DNA of 64,000 bases from Octopus vulgaris (Eukaryota), in NCBI GenBank assembly GCA_951406725.2, contig OX597814.1:47120001-47184000 (forward strand). Direction: 5' to 3'. Below, piece after piece: positions 25,042 through 36,282 of the stretch (within the stretch, counting starts at the first letter, position 1; each line of letters starts with the position of its first letter). Position numbers and translations under genes: made by a program. The notes under the pieces were generated by a model, which made no database searches, was not told the DNA's origin, and saw only the letters and a program-made list of their open reading frames with translations.

Positions 25042-27680
25042 TCAATTTTTTTTAATGACTCACTTAATTCTTATTCACAAAACATATATATTTTCTTCAT
25101 TAAAAACAAAATCAGTTTCACTATATTTTCAAAGTAATAAAAAAAAAACTCTTTTTGCTATTCATATATTTTAACTATTCAAAAAACTTTAAAAACGTTC
25201 TTATCCAGTTTTTAAAATGATTATACTGTAAATACAATCTTTCTGAGGGTTTGGCTTATATTTCATTTTCCAGAATTTTAACCCAAATTTTGTTTTAAAG
25301 GTCTGTTATTTTTAAACATTATCAATATTATTATTATTAAGGCAGTGAGCTGGCAGAAACATTAGCACACCGAGTGAAATGCTCAGTGGTATTTCCTCCA
25401 TCTTTATGTTCTGAGTTCAAACTCTGCCAAGGTTGACTTAGCCTTTCATCCTTTCATGGTTGATAAATTAAGTACCAGTGAAACACTGGGGTCGATGTGA
25501 TCAACTAGTCTCCTCCCACCAAATTTCAGGCCTTGTACTTTTAATAGAAAGGATTATTATTGTTATTATATGTTTTTTTTTAATATTTTAATGGTAAAAG
25601 TTTTTAATTTAACAAATCAGATTTCATCTCTTTTAGAAATTATTTTATTTAAACTATTTTCAGGACTATATAAGACACTTTTAAACTTTCCAATTGAATT
25701 TAATTTGTAGATAGTTTTTTAAAGGTGTTATATGTATGATAAACATCTCTTTTAAAAAAAAAACAAATATAGTTATCTTATTAGGTCATTTCAAATAGCT
25801 GCAGAAAGGTTTAACAGGCTATGACTAAATCTAACAATTAAATATTTTAATAGTCAACTACTCAGAGGCTACCGGCTTTGTCAGGCAAGACTGAATTATT
25901 TCCAGTCTTAGTACATATTCTCTTTTATAAGAATAATTATGACTGAACAGGAAACAAAACTAAGGACTGTCACTGAGTACAAGATTTACCATATAGAATG
26001 AGAAACTTCAATTTGAAACATTAATTCTTTTACTTTCTTTTCTTGTAACTTGGCTTTCGTTGTATTTTCTTTCAAAAACTTTTTTTTTCGCAAAGAACAG
26101 GTATTATAATGCAAAGCATGTAGAAACTCAATCCCTAAGAACATAAATCTTAACTACAATTAGTGCCAACCAACTTCTATTAATGTATTCCATTCTCCAA
26201 AAGTTTACACTTGGAATGATTTTTGTAAAAATAAATAAACACAAAACTTATTTTCTTCAAAAGATATTTATACTTTAATTAGTTATTTACCACTTGTAAT
26301 TAAGCCTATTCTTAATTTAACAAAAGTTTTCTATAAAGTCTTTAAGTTTGATTTTTAACTACCAGACTGCATTTAATTTACCCTAATTAGATTTTTTTTA
26401 AATAGAGACAAGGGTTCTATTCTTACAAATTTTGAAATCAAAGCATTTAGTATTGGTCTATTCTACAAATATGTAAAATGTGTTGAATCAAAGTTATTCT
26501 TTTCCAATATGCCCATGGCAGCCTCTAACATGCATATTTGACTATAGCAGACATTCTTCCACAATATTATTGAACGTATAATATTTAAACATACCTACTC
26601 TCCAGATATAAATTATATTCTAAGCAAATATATATAAAAAAAGAATAGAGAAAAGTAAATTTATATTTCACCTTTAATTACATCAATTATAATTATAAAC
26701 TTCAACAATAACATGCTACATGAAAATTCAATATTACTCTACATTATAACATAAATCTTGCTTCTGTCTATTCAAACAATAGTTGTAAATTTCGTATAGT
26801 AAATCTAGTGCAAAAGAAAAAAACACCTGCATAGTTAGCACCAAAACATTGTCATATGCTTTTGAAAAAATATCACATGGTTTATACTTTTGATAAAGTC
26901 TTTTGACCAAATTTCATATATCACAATATTTAACAATAAACAAGTAACATATCAGATTTCTTGAGTAACTTTTCAAATTAGTTGATCTCTGAGTGAAGCA
27001 ACTGACATTTTAAATCAGCCAGTTAATAAACAAAAATGAGTATCAACTGCAAGCTAAATTGCATATGTACATATTAACTACATGTAAATATTCACAAGAG
27101 CATGTCAAGCTCATGAAATGATTTTTGAGTGATAAGAATATTTGTAAATGTGTGTGTGCATGCTTATGTAAACTTAGAATTAGATTAAACATAAAATGGA
27201 TTGTGCTTCAGTTCAACAAATAATTTTTTCCTTCTTTGTTCATTTTAGTTAACTTTATTCATGAACCAATCCAAGTGTGCTAGTACTTGATTATGCAATA
27301 AATATTAAATTTGTTTTGGTTAAAGTTCCAGTTTCCATAAAATAGATTCTTTTATTTGTTCTAATGTTAAATGTCGATTGAAATAACTGATCATAACTTC
27401 TTATTTTATACTCAACTTAGGGTCTTGTGAATAATTCTCATTTGTAACCATCACTCTTACAAAAACCTAAGACTGTACTTTTTTTTATACTGCTATTGAT
27501 TTGTACTAACCACTTCACAGCACTTTGTGCACAAACACAGTAAAAACAATGATCTGTATTTTGGATTGCATTTTCCCTTTTGAGTGAGGCGGACCAATTG
27601 TTCTCAAATTTACTATACATCATACTTGTATACATTGTTTTGAATATTAAAAATAAATTCTAAATAAAATACAAAATGTA
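25042..27680 (+). other. Putative long AT-rich 3' UTR of the SLC6 gene
   Basis: Repeat-poor AT-rich stretch after the stop codon, ending near tandem AATAAA at 27652 and 27663; earlier AATAAA sites (e.g. ~25136) are alternatives. Confidence 0.45.
25341..25555 (+). mobile_element. Family A SINE in the putative 3' UTR
   Basis: ggcagtgagctggcagaaac...gcctttcatcctttcatggttgataaattaagtaccag...aatagaaaggattattatt. Confidence 0.85.
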
Positions 27681-28184
27681 ACAATGTTTGAAGGCTTTTG
27701 GCTTTTTTCAAAATTCAGTACCAGTAATGATTGATTTTTACTGCATTTTTACGACTAATTTTACCAAATTTACTAAAGTAGCATCTTTCTAACACACACA
27801 CTCACACACATATAGGTAATATATATATATTACCTTCGAAACACGCAGCTGAAGAAGGGGAATGTTCCTTGTGTTGTTTGTCGTAACCGTGGTCATTGCC
27901 AGTGTCACGTAAATAGCATGTAAAATGCACCCATTAGAAACCATGCCAAATCAAACTGGAGCCTGATGCAACTCACTTACTTACCAGTTCTAGTCAAACC
28001 CATGCCAGCATGGAAAGTATATGCTATAGGATGATGATGATGATGATGATACATATTTACATGCAGTTAAATATATGTCTGGTATTAGGGTGACCAATTA
28101 AAAGCTTCACGGATGGCTTGTCAGACTCAAATGGTGAATGGCATATATATACTTAATATACACATACATACATACATACATACA

Positions 28185-28215
<31 letters not shown>

Positions 28216-28608
28216 GTATATAAAGTATTATAAATGTGATTCTTCGAAGTAATTAACTGAGTTATAAGAATTCTGAGAAAAGGTTTTTACAAGCTTAGAA
28301 AAAAAAACCTCACATTTTCCTGGTTGTTCCATTTATCTTTGTACATATGTACAATTAATAGGTATAATTATTTAATTAATATGAAGCTTTCAGATAATAG
28401 AGGCTTGTTTGGCCTCAGTTATCTGAATATGATGAAAGAGGATAGTACAGAGTAGAGTATACTTGATAATAAGAGTAGCAACAATAATGACAAGTCAAGT
28501 TCATTTTTATATAAGATAGAAGAGAAAAAGTATGCCTATGACCTGGTTAGGGCTTCCATATTGTTGGCAAGGGATTAATTTGGTGATATTCACCTTGAGC
28601 ATCTATAG

Positions 28609-29677
28609 TAGTGGTTCTCAGCCACAGACCACATAGGATTTTATTGTTAAAATTTATGTGTAATAAATTGCTTATACTTGTACAATACACAAAATATTTA
28701 AATTACCCTGCACATGTAAGTGAAAGCAGGGTATTGTAATCACTTGTCTTTGTCTGTTTGTCTGTGTGTTTGCAAATTTACCGGAAAACTACTGAACGGA
28801 TTTTCACCACATTTGGCAGAAATATTCATTGGGTAAGTGGCTCGATATGATGAACCTTTGGTCTGATTATCTTTTAAAAAATAAATAAATTCATTTTTAA
28901 ATCGAACTCACAAATTTCTCGATAAGCAAGTGGTTATACTATTTTGTTCACTTTCTTTTTCATATGAATCGACTCTCGTCTGCATGTGTATAGATCATGG
29001 TGTACCTATGCGCATAGACACGATGGATATATACATACATAAATACATAGATATGCGACTCTGCATGTGTGATTGTGTGTGTGTGTGTGTGTGTACAATG
29101 ATAGATTCGAGGGTTTGGTTTATTTACGACTTGATTTCTTAATTTCACTAGAGTATAATGGTGATACATAAAAAAAAAATTTACAAAATCGAACTTACAG
29201 ATTTCCCGATAAGCAAGTAGTAATATTATTTTGTTCGCTTACTTTTTCGTCTGCATGTGTATAGATCATGATGCACCTTTGTGCATAGACATATGCAGGC
29301 ATATACATACATATGCAACTCTGTGTGTGTGTGTGTGTGTACTGTGATGGATTAGAGGGTTTCGTTTATTTACGAGTTGATTTCTTAATTTCACTGGAGT
29401 ATAAATACTTACAATGGTGATACTTAAAAAAATTAATTCAGTTCAATTAAAAAGCGTGGGTAAGCAACGCATTTGCGAAAAAGTTTATCTGCGCGCAGGG
29501 TATGCATCGCCCTTCCGATGCCTTTTTTTTTTCATTTTTTTTTTATGCAATTACTAAAATATTTAACAATAAAAATACAGTAGGATTTTTTTTTACACAT
29601 CAAATGGCTATGGAAGTTCAGTAGAGTAAGATATGAATCAAAGGTGTCCATAAGCAAAAAATAATCAAGAACCACTG
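28609..29677. mobile_element. hAT-type MITE interrupted by a Helentron derivative
   Basis: TIRs TAGTGGTTCTC / AAGAACCACTG; degenerate 8-bp TSD ATCTATAG (28601-28608) / ATCTATCA (29678-29685). Confidence 0.7.
28702..29530 (+). mobile_element. DINE-1/HINE-like non-autonomous Helentron with internal tandem repeats
   Basis: 5' palindrome TACCCTGC...GCAGGGTA, GTCT microsatellite, two ~250-bp tandem units, 3' subTIR GCAGGGTA, stem-loop GCATCG(cccttc)CGATGC, poly-T. Confidence 0.8.
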
Positions 29678-30427
29678 ATCTATCAGAAAAATGTGAGTTC
29701 GGGGGGAATTCCAGCCAGCTGGTAGAAAAGGTTGAGGGTTCTGTTTGGAAAATGAGATATAGAAAAAGTAATTCGAAGAAAGCAAGTAGAGCAGATATGT
29801 AACTATACAGTGTAGCAGAAGCCATTGCATAGCAGACAAAAGAGATGAAGAGAAGAAATAGTTCAGTTGTGAACTAGTGGTTAAAAGGTATTGGTGATTT
29901 AACCTCTGCAAATAAGACAAATGGCTTTCTTTTCTTGGATGTGGTGTAGGATGCATATGTGTATAAGAACAGCACAATCACGTAGATGTGAACCAAATAA
30001 AGCAACAACCACATGTTGTTGGATCCAAATAACATCTTCTTATGATTCTTTTTGCTTTCAGCTTGGAACAACCCACCTTTAGCTTAGATTCCCACTCAGA
30101 GAATTTCTTACATTGGATCAAATGAACTTTATTCAAGTGATTGTCTTTATCTTTAATATTTTCCTCTCGTTTGTCACTCTCTTAGTTGGAATCCTCAACA
30201 ATATATTCTCACTCTTCTTTAAAATCTTCTAATAAAATCATCAATTTCCTATCAGAGTCAATTTTCTAAATGAACAAAAATAGAAAGTGAAGAATTTATT
30301 TTGCTTCTCTTATGTAGTGTCAGGGAGAATGGACTGTTTTTAGAACACGTCTCATATATATATATAAAACTTAGATAAACTTATGTTTCGACCAGAGATT
30401 GGTCCAGGCCATGTCTAACTTAATATA

Positions 30428-31670
30428 CGAGGGGTGTATGAAAAGTCTTGAGCTTCAAAACAACAAAATATGGTACAAGACAGAAGTGATTTATTTTTCA
30501 ACATAGTCCCCCTCGATAGCTGAACACTTTCTCCAGCGATGCTGAAGCGCCATTATCTCGGCATAGAGGAACTCTTTTGTTTGAGACTCCAAGAAACTTA
30601 CTACAGCGTCTATGACGTCATTGTCACTACCAAAATGGCGACCAGCCAGGGTATCTTTCATTTTTGGGAATAGATGTAAGTCAGAGGGGGCTAAGTCTGG
30701 CGAATAGTGCGGATGGGGAACAAGTTCATATCCACAATCACGAACTGCTACCATGGCAATCACTGAGGTGTGGGCTGGAGCATTGTCGTGATGAAAAATG
30801 ACTCCTCTAGTGAGCATTCCCTGCCTTTATTCTTTGTTTGCTTCTCGGAGGCGTTTCAGTAGCTGAGAATAATACATCCCTGTCACGGTGTGATCCTTTT
30901 CAAGGTAATCGATCAGCAAGACAACTTGGGAACACCCCCCCACCAAAAAAAAACAACGGAAGCCAGGACCTTGCCAGCTGAAGGACTGACCCTGGCCTTC
31001 TTTGATTTCAGGCTGGTAATGATGAACCCAACTTTCGTCCATAGTAATGAAACGAGCAAGAAAGCTCTCTTCATCGGTTTCAAACACTTCCAGATTGCTC
31101 GAGGACAAAGTGCACCTGGCGCATTTCTGTTCAGGAGTCAAAAGGCGAGGGACCCACCTTGCAGAAACCTTTGAGAACCCAAGTTCTTTTGTCACAATGT
31201 TGTCTGCTCTCTCAGTTGAGATGCCCAGTCTCTTGGCTGCCCAACGACATGATATTCGACGATCTTGCATTATCATACCAAGAGCAAGGTCAATATTGTC
31301 CTCGGTGGTTGCAGTTGGAGGTCTTCCTGGTCTGGGATCATCTTCCACACTCTCTCTGCCACGCTGGAATTCGTTTACCCAGTGTTTGACTGTTGCGTAT
31401 GAAGGAGCATTGTCTGTTAAGGTTCTCGCCATATTTTTATGGATTTCAAATGAAGGTACTTTATGACAGCACGATTCTCAGTTTCCTCCATTTTCCTTGT
31501 AACCCCGACACTTGTTTATTCAAAAATCTGTAACAAAACAAAATTAAAATATCAGAATCATGAAAATGAGCACGAATACTCCGAAAAGACTGTACTTACC
31601 AGAAAAAATGTTTCAGCTACCTAGCAGCCCCGTTTCTAGGTTAAGCTCAAAACTTTTCATACACCCCCTC

Positions 31671-31671
<1 letters not shown>
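30428..31671 (-). mobile_element. Full-length mariner (DD34D) element with disrupted transposase
   Basis: TIRs CGAGGGGTGTATGAAAAGTCTTGAGCTT / AAGCTCAAAACTTTTCATACACCCCCTCG, TA on both sides; motifs WVPRLL, MDESWVHHY, HHDNAPAH, YSPDLAPSD; ATG at 31491, stop at 30491; frameshifts and internal deletions. Confidence 0.97.
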
Positions 31672-31719
<48 letters not shown>

Positions 31720-32829
31720 AAAAAGAAGTTTGAAAACGCCACTATATTAGATAAATTTTAATTTTCTTATGAATTTTACATGTTTCGGTTCTTGAAAAAC
31801 GAACCTTATCAAAAATATTATAAAAAGTGCAATGGAAAAGTTCATAATCGTTTCTTACTGGTCTCAATAGAATCCATGTTCTTGAAAAAACGAACATTAT
31901 CAAATATATTATAAAAAGTGTAATAGAAAAGTTCATAATCGTTTCTTACTGTTCTCAATAGAATCCATGTGGTGGTGTTTTGTCGGTAGTTGGTATAATC
32001 GCTATATTACTGTTGAGTGTAGTGAAGAAGTCCATTATTGTTTCTTGCTGGTATCAAAAGAAACCGCTTTTTTGTTACCTTGTGTTCCAATGGTAGCAAC
32101 AGTAGTGATTGTTGGTCGTAGTAGTAGTAACCTGTGGCTGTTACTGTTGGTCGTAATTTTGGCAACCTTGGTGGTGGTTGGGGTTGTAGCAGTTAAGCTG
32201 TGACCGTGGCAGCAGCAGTAGCAGTAGTAGAGGACTGTTGATCGTAGCAGCAATAGTGGTCGGTTCACTGGCACTGCTCACTGACGTCACATAATTCCAA
32301 ACCAATCAAAACCAAACTTCAACGAATACAAGGAAAAGACCCATAACTGTATCCTGTAAGGAAACCAACCAAGCAGAACGACAAGCTTGACCACGGAAGA
32401 AAAACGTCATCAATTTTTTAACGAATCAAAATCAGATCTGCTCGCAGAAAAATTTTTTTTTTATAAATTCATCTTTCCCTAAAACATACCACTGCAAGCG
32501 GGAGTGACTGTTTAAAGATCTGAGAAATTGTAATTCCCCCCACCTCCATCCTTTTTTTACTATTTTAATTCTCACACTGTGGCCATAGCAGCACCAGTAG
32601 AGGGCTGTTGATCGTAGCAGCAATAGTAGTGACCACGGTGGTTGTAGTAGTAGTGCAAGTGGAAGCAGTCGTAGTGGTCGTGGTGGTTGTGTTAGAATTT
32701 CATTTTTCCTTTTCGGAAGACCAATGTTTTGTTTTAATATTCCTGGTCCAGGGTGTTCAAACTTGGTCTAAATTTTTTGATGAAATAAAGTTCTTTATTT
32801 TGGCGTTGGGTGAAGGTTACGCTGTCACA

Positions 32830-34904
32830 TATATATATATAGTGAGAATTTACAAAAAAAAAAAAGACGAAGACAGGTGTGTAAACAACAAACAGATGTA
32901 TTAGTTTAACGTTTGGAAAGTGAGAAAGTCTTTTACGTTTCGAGCCTACGCTCTTCGACAGAAAGGAATACAGAAATAAACAAGGAGAGGAAATAGAAAA
33001 AAGGTTTAGTGGCTAGCGATTTGTCATGGCGAATGCCGGACAGATGGGTCACACAGTAGAGCTAGGAAGAAGAGGAGATAATAAAGTAGTGGTGATCCCA
33101 AAACGAAAGTGCACGTGCGTAAGTATGTGAGAGCAAGTATGTGCGCATGGAAGGAGGCTGATGACCTTGACGTGTGAGTGTGTGCATGTGTAGGTGTGTG
33201 GCTGATAGCGTAGGTGCTGGGAAGTGGTCAGTGCTAGTGTGTGCGGAGTGGTGTGATGTGGTATGGTGGTGTGTGGTGTGGTGGTGTTGGGGAGGCGAGA
33301 GTAGGGGGAGCGGGGCTAGTCTAAGGGATGGGGTGGTGGGTGGGATGTATTGGGATGGTGGGGTTCGAATGAGTAGGAGTGGGGTAATGAGGGGGGGGTG
33401 ACGATGAAGGGAGAGGATGAAAGGGAGAAGGTGGGTAGGAGTGAAGAGAGGAAGTAGGTGCCAGAGCAAGAGAAAAGAGGTGTATGGGAGGAAGTAGGTG
33501 TGAGAAGAAGATAGGAAAGTGGAGGAGGGTTAGATGAAGAAGGGAGGAGAGTTGAGCCCATGTGATGCAAAGGAGCGAAGAGAGAAAATTAATCCCTGCT
33601 CACGGCGAAGACGGGAGTCTGGATGGCCCCTATGCAAGGACAACCTGAACACAGACAGGTGTTGTAAAGAGTGACCGGTAGAGCGGAAATGGCGCGAGAC
33701 CGAGGTGTCGTTGCCAAGTCTGATGTCTCGGAAGTGTTCCGCGAACCGGCGTCCCGTTTGACTGATGTATAGAGGACAGAGAGAGCAGGAGATGCAGTAG
33801 ATGACGTTGCTAGAAATGCAGGTGAAGGAGTCAGTGATATGATAGGGTCGATAATGGGTGTCTGTGAGAAGGGTGGTGTTGGAGAGGTAAGAGCAAGTGC
33901 GGCAGCGTGGGCAGGAGCAAAGGAAGGGGCCGGATTGGGAGGTTGGGCTAGGGAAGAAGCAGTGGACCAAGAGGTCTCGTAGGTTGTGCGCTCGTTTGAA
34001 GGAGGGGAGGGGTCGGTTAGGGAAGATATGCGAGGCGCAGGGGTCGAACTGAAGTCGCCAGAAGGCTCAGAGAATGGTGCGTTGGAGAGATGGGTGGTGG
34101 AGTGGTAGGTGAGGGGAAACGGGAGACGGGTGACGGGGTGGTAGCGGGGGGGAGCAGATGCACGGTCAACGGAACCTGTTCTGGCAAGGTTGGTGTGGAA
34201 AGAGGTGAGGGGATATCCACGTAGGATGAAGGGGCTAGCCGTGAGTTGAGACTGAGACTCAAAGTCATGGTTGTCACTGCGTAGACGGAGGAATTGGGAA
34301 TAGGAGATGGAGAGCTTGGTGTGTTTAGGGTTGGAGGAGGAGAAGTTGAGGTATGAGTGTGAGTCTGTGTGTTTGTAGTGAATGGAGGTGGTGAGAGTGG
34401 AGTGATGAATGCTGACCGAAATGTCGAGAACGGCGACTGAGGTGTCGGAAATAGTGCAGAAGTGGAGGGCAGGATGGAAAGATTTGACAAAAGAGAGGAA
34501 GGAGTCTAGATGTTCACGGGAGAGTGAGGTCGCACCGATACAGTCGTCAATATAGTTCAGGAGTGGGACCAGTGAAACTTTAGAGTGTTTGGGCCTCAAC
34601 GTAGCCAACAAACAGGCTCGCATAGTTGGGGCACATTCTTGTTACCATGGCCTGCTGGTAAAAATCACCCGCGGACAAGAAGCAGTTAAGTGAGAGGACA
34701 AGTTCAGCCAGACGAAGGAGTGTGGATGTGTCAAGTTGGAGGTTGGGTCGAAGGTCAAGGAAATGTTGGAGTGCGCGCAGCCCCTCGTGGTGATGGATCA
34801 CCGTGTATAGAGTCTTGATGTCAAAAGTGAGGAGAAGTTTAGAGGGGCCAGGAGGGAAATTAAGAAATCAACTCGTAAATAAACGAAACCCTCTAATCCA
34901 TCAC

Positions 34905-34947
<43 letters not shown>

Positions 34948-35700
34948 TTGCATATGTATGTATGTATATGCCTGCATATGTTTATGCACAAAGGTGCATC
35001 ATGATCTATACACATGCAGACGAAAAAGTAAGCGAACAAAATAATATGACTACTTGCTTATCGGGAAATCTGTAAGTTCGATTTTGTAAATTTTTTTTTA
35101 TGTATCACCATTATACTCTAGTGAAATTAAGAATAGTTGGTGTCATGGATGTGAGGTTGGAGGGAAGCCACTAGGGGGGCAAGGACACGGTCAAGATATC
35201 TGGAGATGAGTTCGATGGGGCAGTTGCAGGCGGGGACGATGAGGCGGCCATGGGTTATTAAATTTCTGGAGTTTGGGGAAGAAGTCAATTCAAATAAACA
35301 AATAATATAAACAGACAAGATGACGTGCACAAAGAATGTAATAGTTTGAGAAAATGGATTTTTGGGACAGGGGAGTGCAAAGAAGGCCAGTGTATGTGCA
35401 GTAATATTTGTGTGCGTATGTGTTTGTCCGAGTGACGTACGTAATAGGTCAACGAACAGGTTAGTAGCTGGTGTTTGGTTCAGTCGAAGAAGGTGAAGGT
35501 TTGTGAGTGGGTGTGGCTGTGTATGTGTTTGCATGAGTGCGCGTGACATAGAGGAAATGTATGTGTGTGTGTACGTGCGCGCGCGTACGAGGGCAGTGTG
35601 TGCATATGAGTGTGTATGTATATATGTGCATATGAGTGTGTGTGAGGTCGTATGGGTGTAGGTATATGTACGTGTGTGGGTGCGTGATGTAACCGTGCGT
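32830..35700 (-). mobile_element. Penelope-like retroelement (Neptune-type), degenerate RT + GIY-YIG endonuclease
   Basis: Frameshifted RT fragments (ELISRYLDRVLAPLV; TFDIKTLYT; LRLAELVLSLNCF; YIDDCIG; VLDISV; SYSQFLRLR) and GIY-YIG domain 33530-33970 (CPRCRTC...FTCISSNVIYCISCSLCPLYISQTGRRFAEH...HGLN). Confidence 0.92.
32930..32965 (-). ncRNA. HHR-like motif in the PLE terminal repeat
   Basis: CTTT-CTGTCGA-A-GAGC(gtag)GCTC-GAAAC-GTA-AAAG: stems I and II pair; the core has one substitution versus CUGACGA; lies downstream of a GIY-YIG ORF. Confidence 0.65.
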
Positions 35701-36009
35701 GTGGTTTTTGTATGTGTGCGAGCTTACGTGTGTGCGAACTATATGTATGTGCGTATGAGTGCGTGTGTGCGTATGTGCGTATATATATATATATGCGTAT
35801 GAGTGTGCGTGTGGATGTGTGTGTGCGTGTGTGAGTGTGTATGTGTGTGTGTGTGGTGTGAGAGGTGTGTGGGGTGTGAGAGGGGAGACGACAAGTATGT
35901 GAGGGCGTTGGTGTTGCTGTTAGTATGTATATTTTTGTCTGAGTGCGTATGAGTGTGTATAAAGACGTCTATGTGACTGTGTATGTGTGACCGTGTGTGT
36001 GAGAGCGGC

Positions 36010-36075
<66 letters not shown>

Positions 36076-36157
36076 AGAGACAAAACCACTATTTTGCAAA
36101 ACAAACAAGGAAAGACTTAATCAATACATAAAATTTTAATAAATAGTCAAAAAACCG

Positions 36158-36198
36158 CCACTACAATCGTTTCGTCTTGATCGACAATCTTCAGGTGG
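36158..36198 (-). ncRNA. Mirror-image hammerhead ribozyme (2-nt shorter stem II)
   Basis: Minus strand reads CCAC-CTGAAGA-TTGTC(gatcaa)GAC-GAAAC(gatt)GTA-GTGG. Confidence 0.7.
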
Positions 36199-36239
36199 AC
36201 TTCAATAAGTCAGTATCATTGATACTGACTTATTGAAGT

Positions 36240-36282
36240 CCACCTGAAGATTGTCGATCAAGACAAGAAACGATTGTAGTGG
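36240..36282 (+). ncRNA. Minimal type I hammerhead ribozyme with intact core
   Basis: CCAC-CTGAAGA-TTGTC(gatcaa)GACAA-GAAAC(gatt)GTA-GTGG: stem I CCAC/GTGG, CUGANGA box, 5-bp stem II, GAAA box, short near-palindromic stem III; predicted cleavage after A36278. Confidence 0.85.

Noticed and set aside
27832-27870. CCTTC-GAAAC-ACGC-AG-CTGAAGA-AGGGG, a permuted HHR-like motif
   Set aside because: Both boxes are present but there is no NUH site or workable stems I and III; too truncated to call.
31790-31968. ~90-bp tandem duplication containing GAAACGATT on the minus strand
   Set aside because: Real duplication, but no CUGANGA partner box; treated as an ordinary TE-internal repeat.
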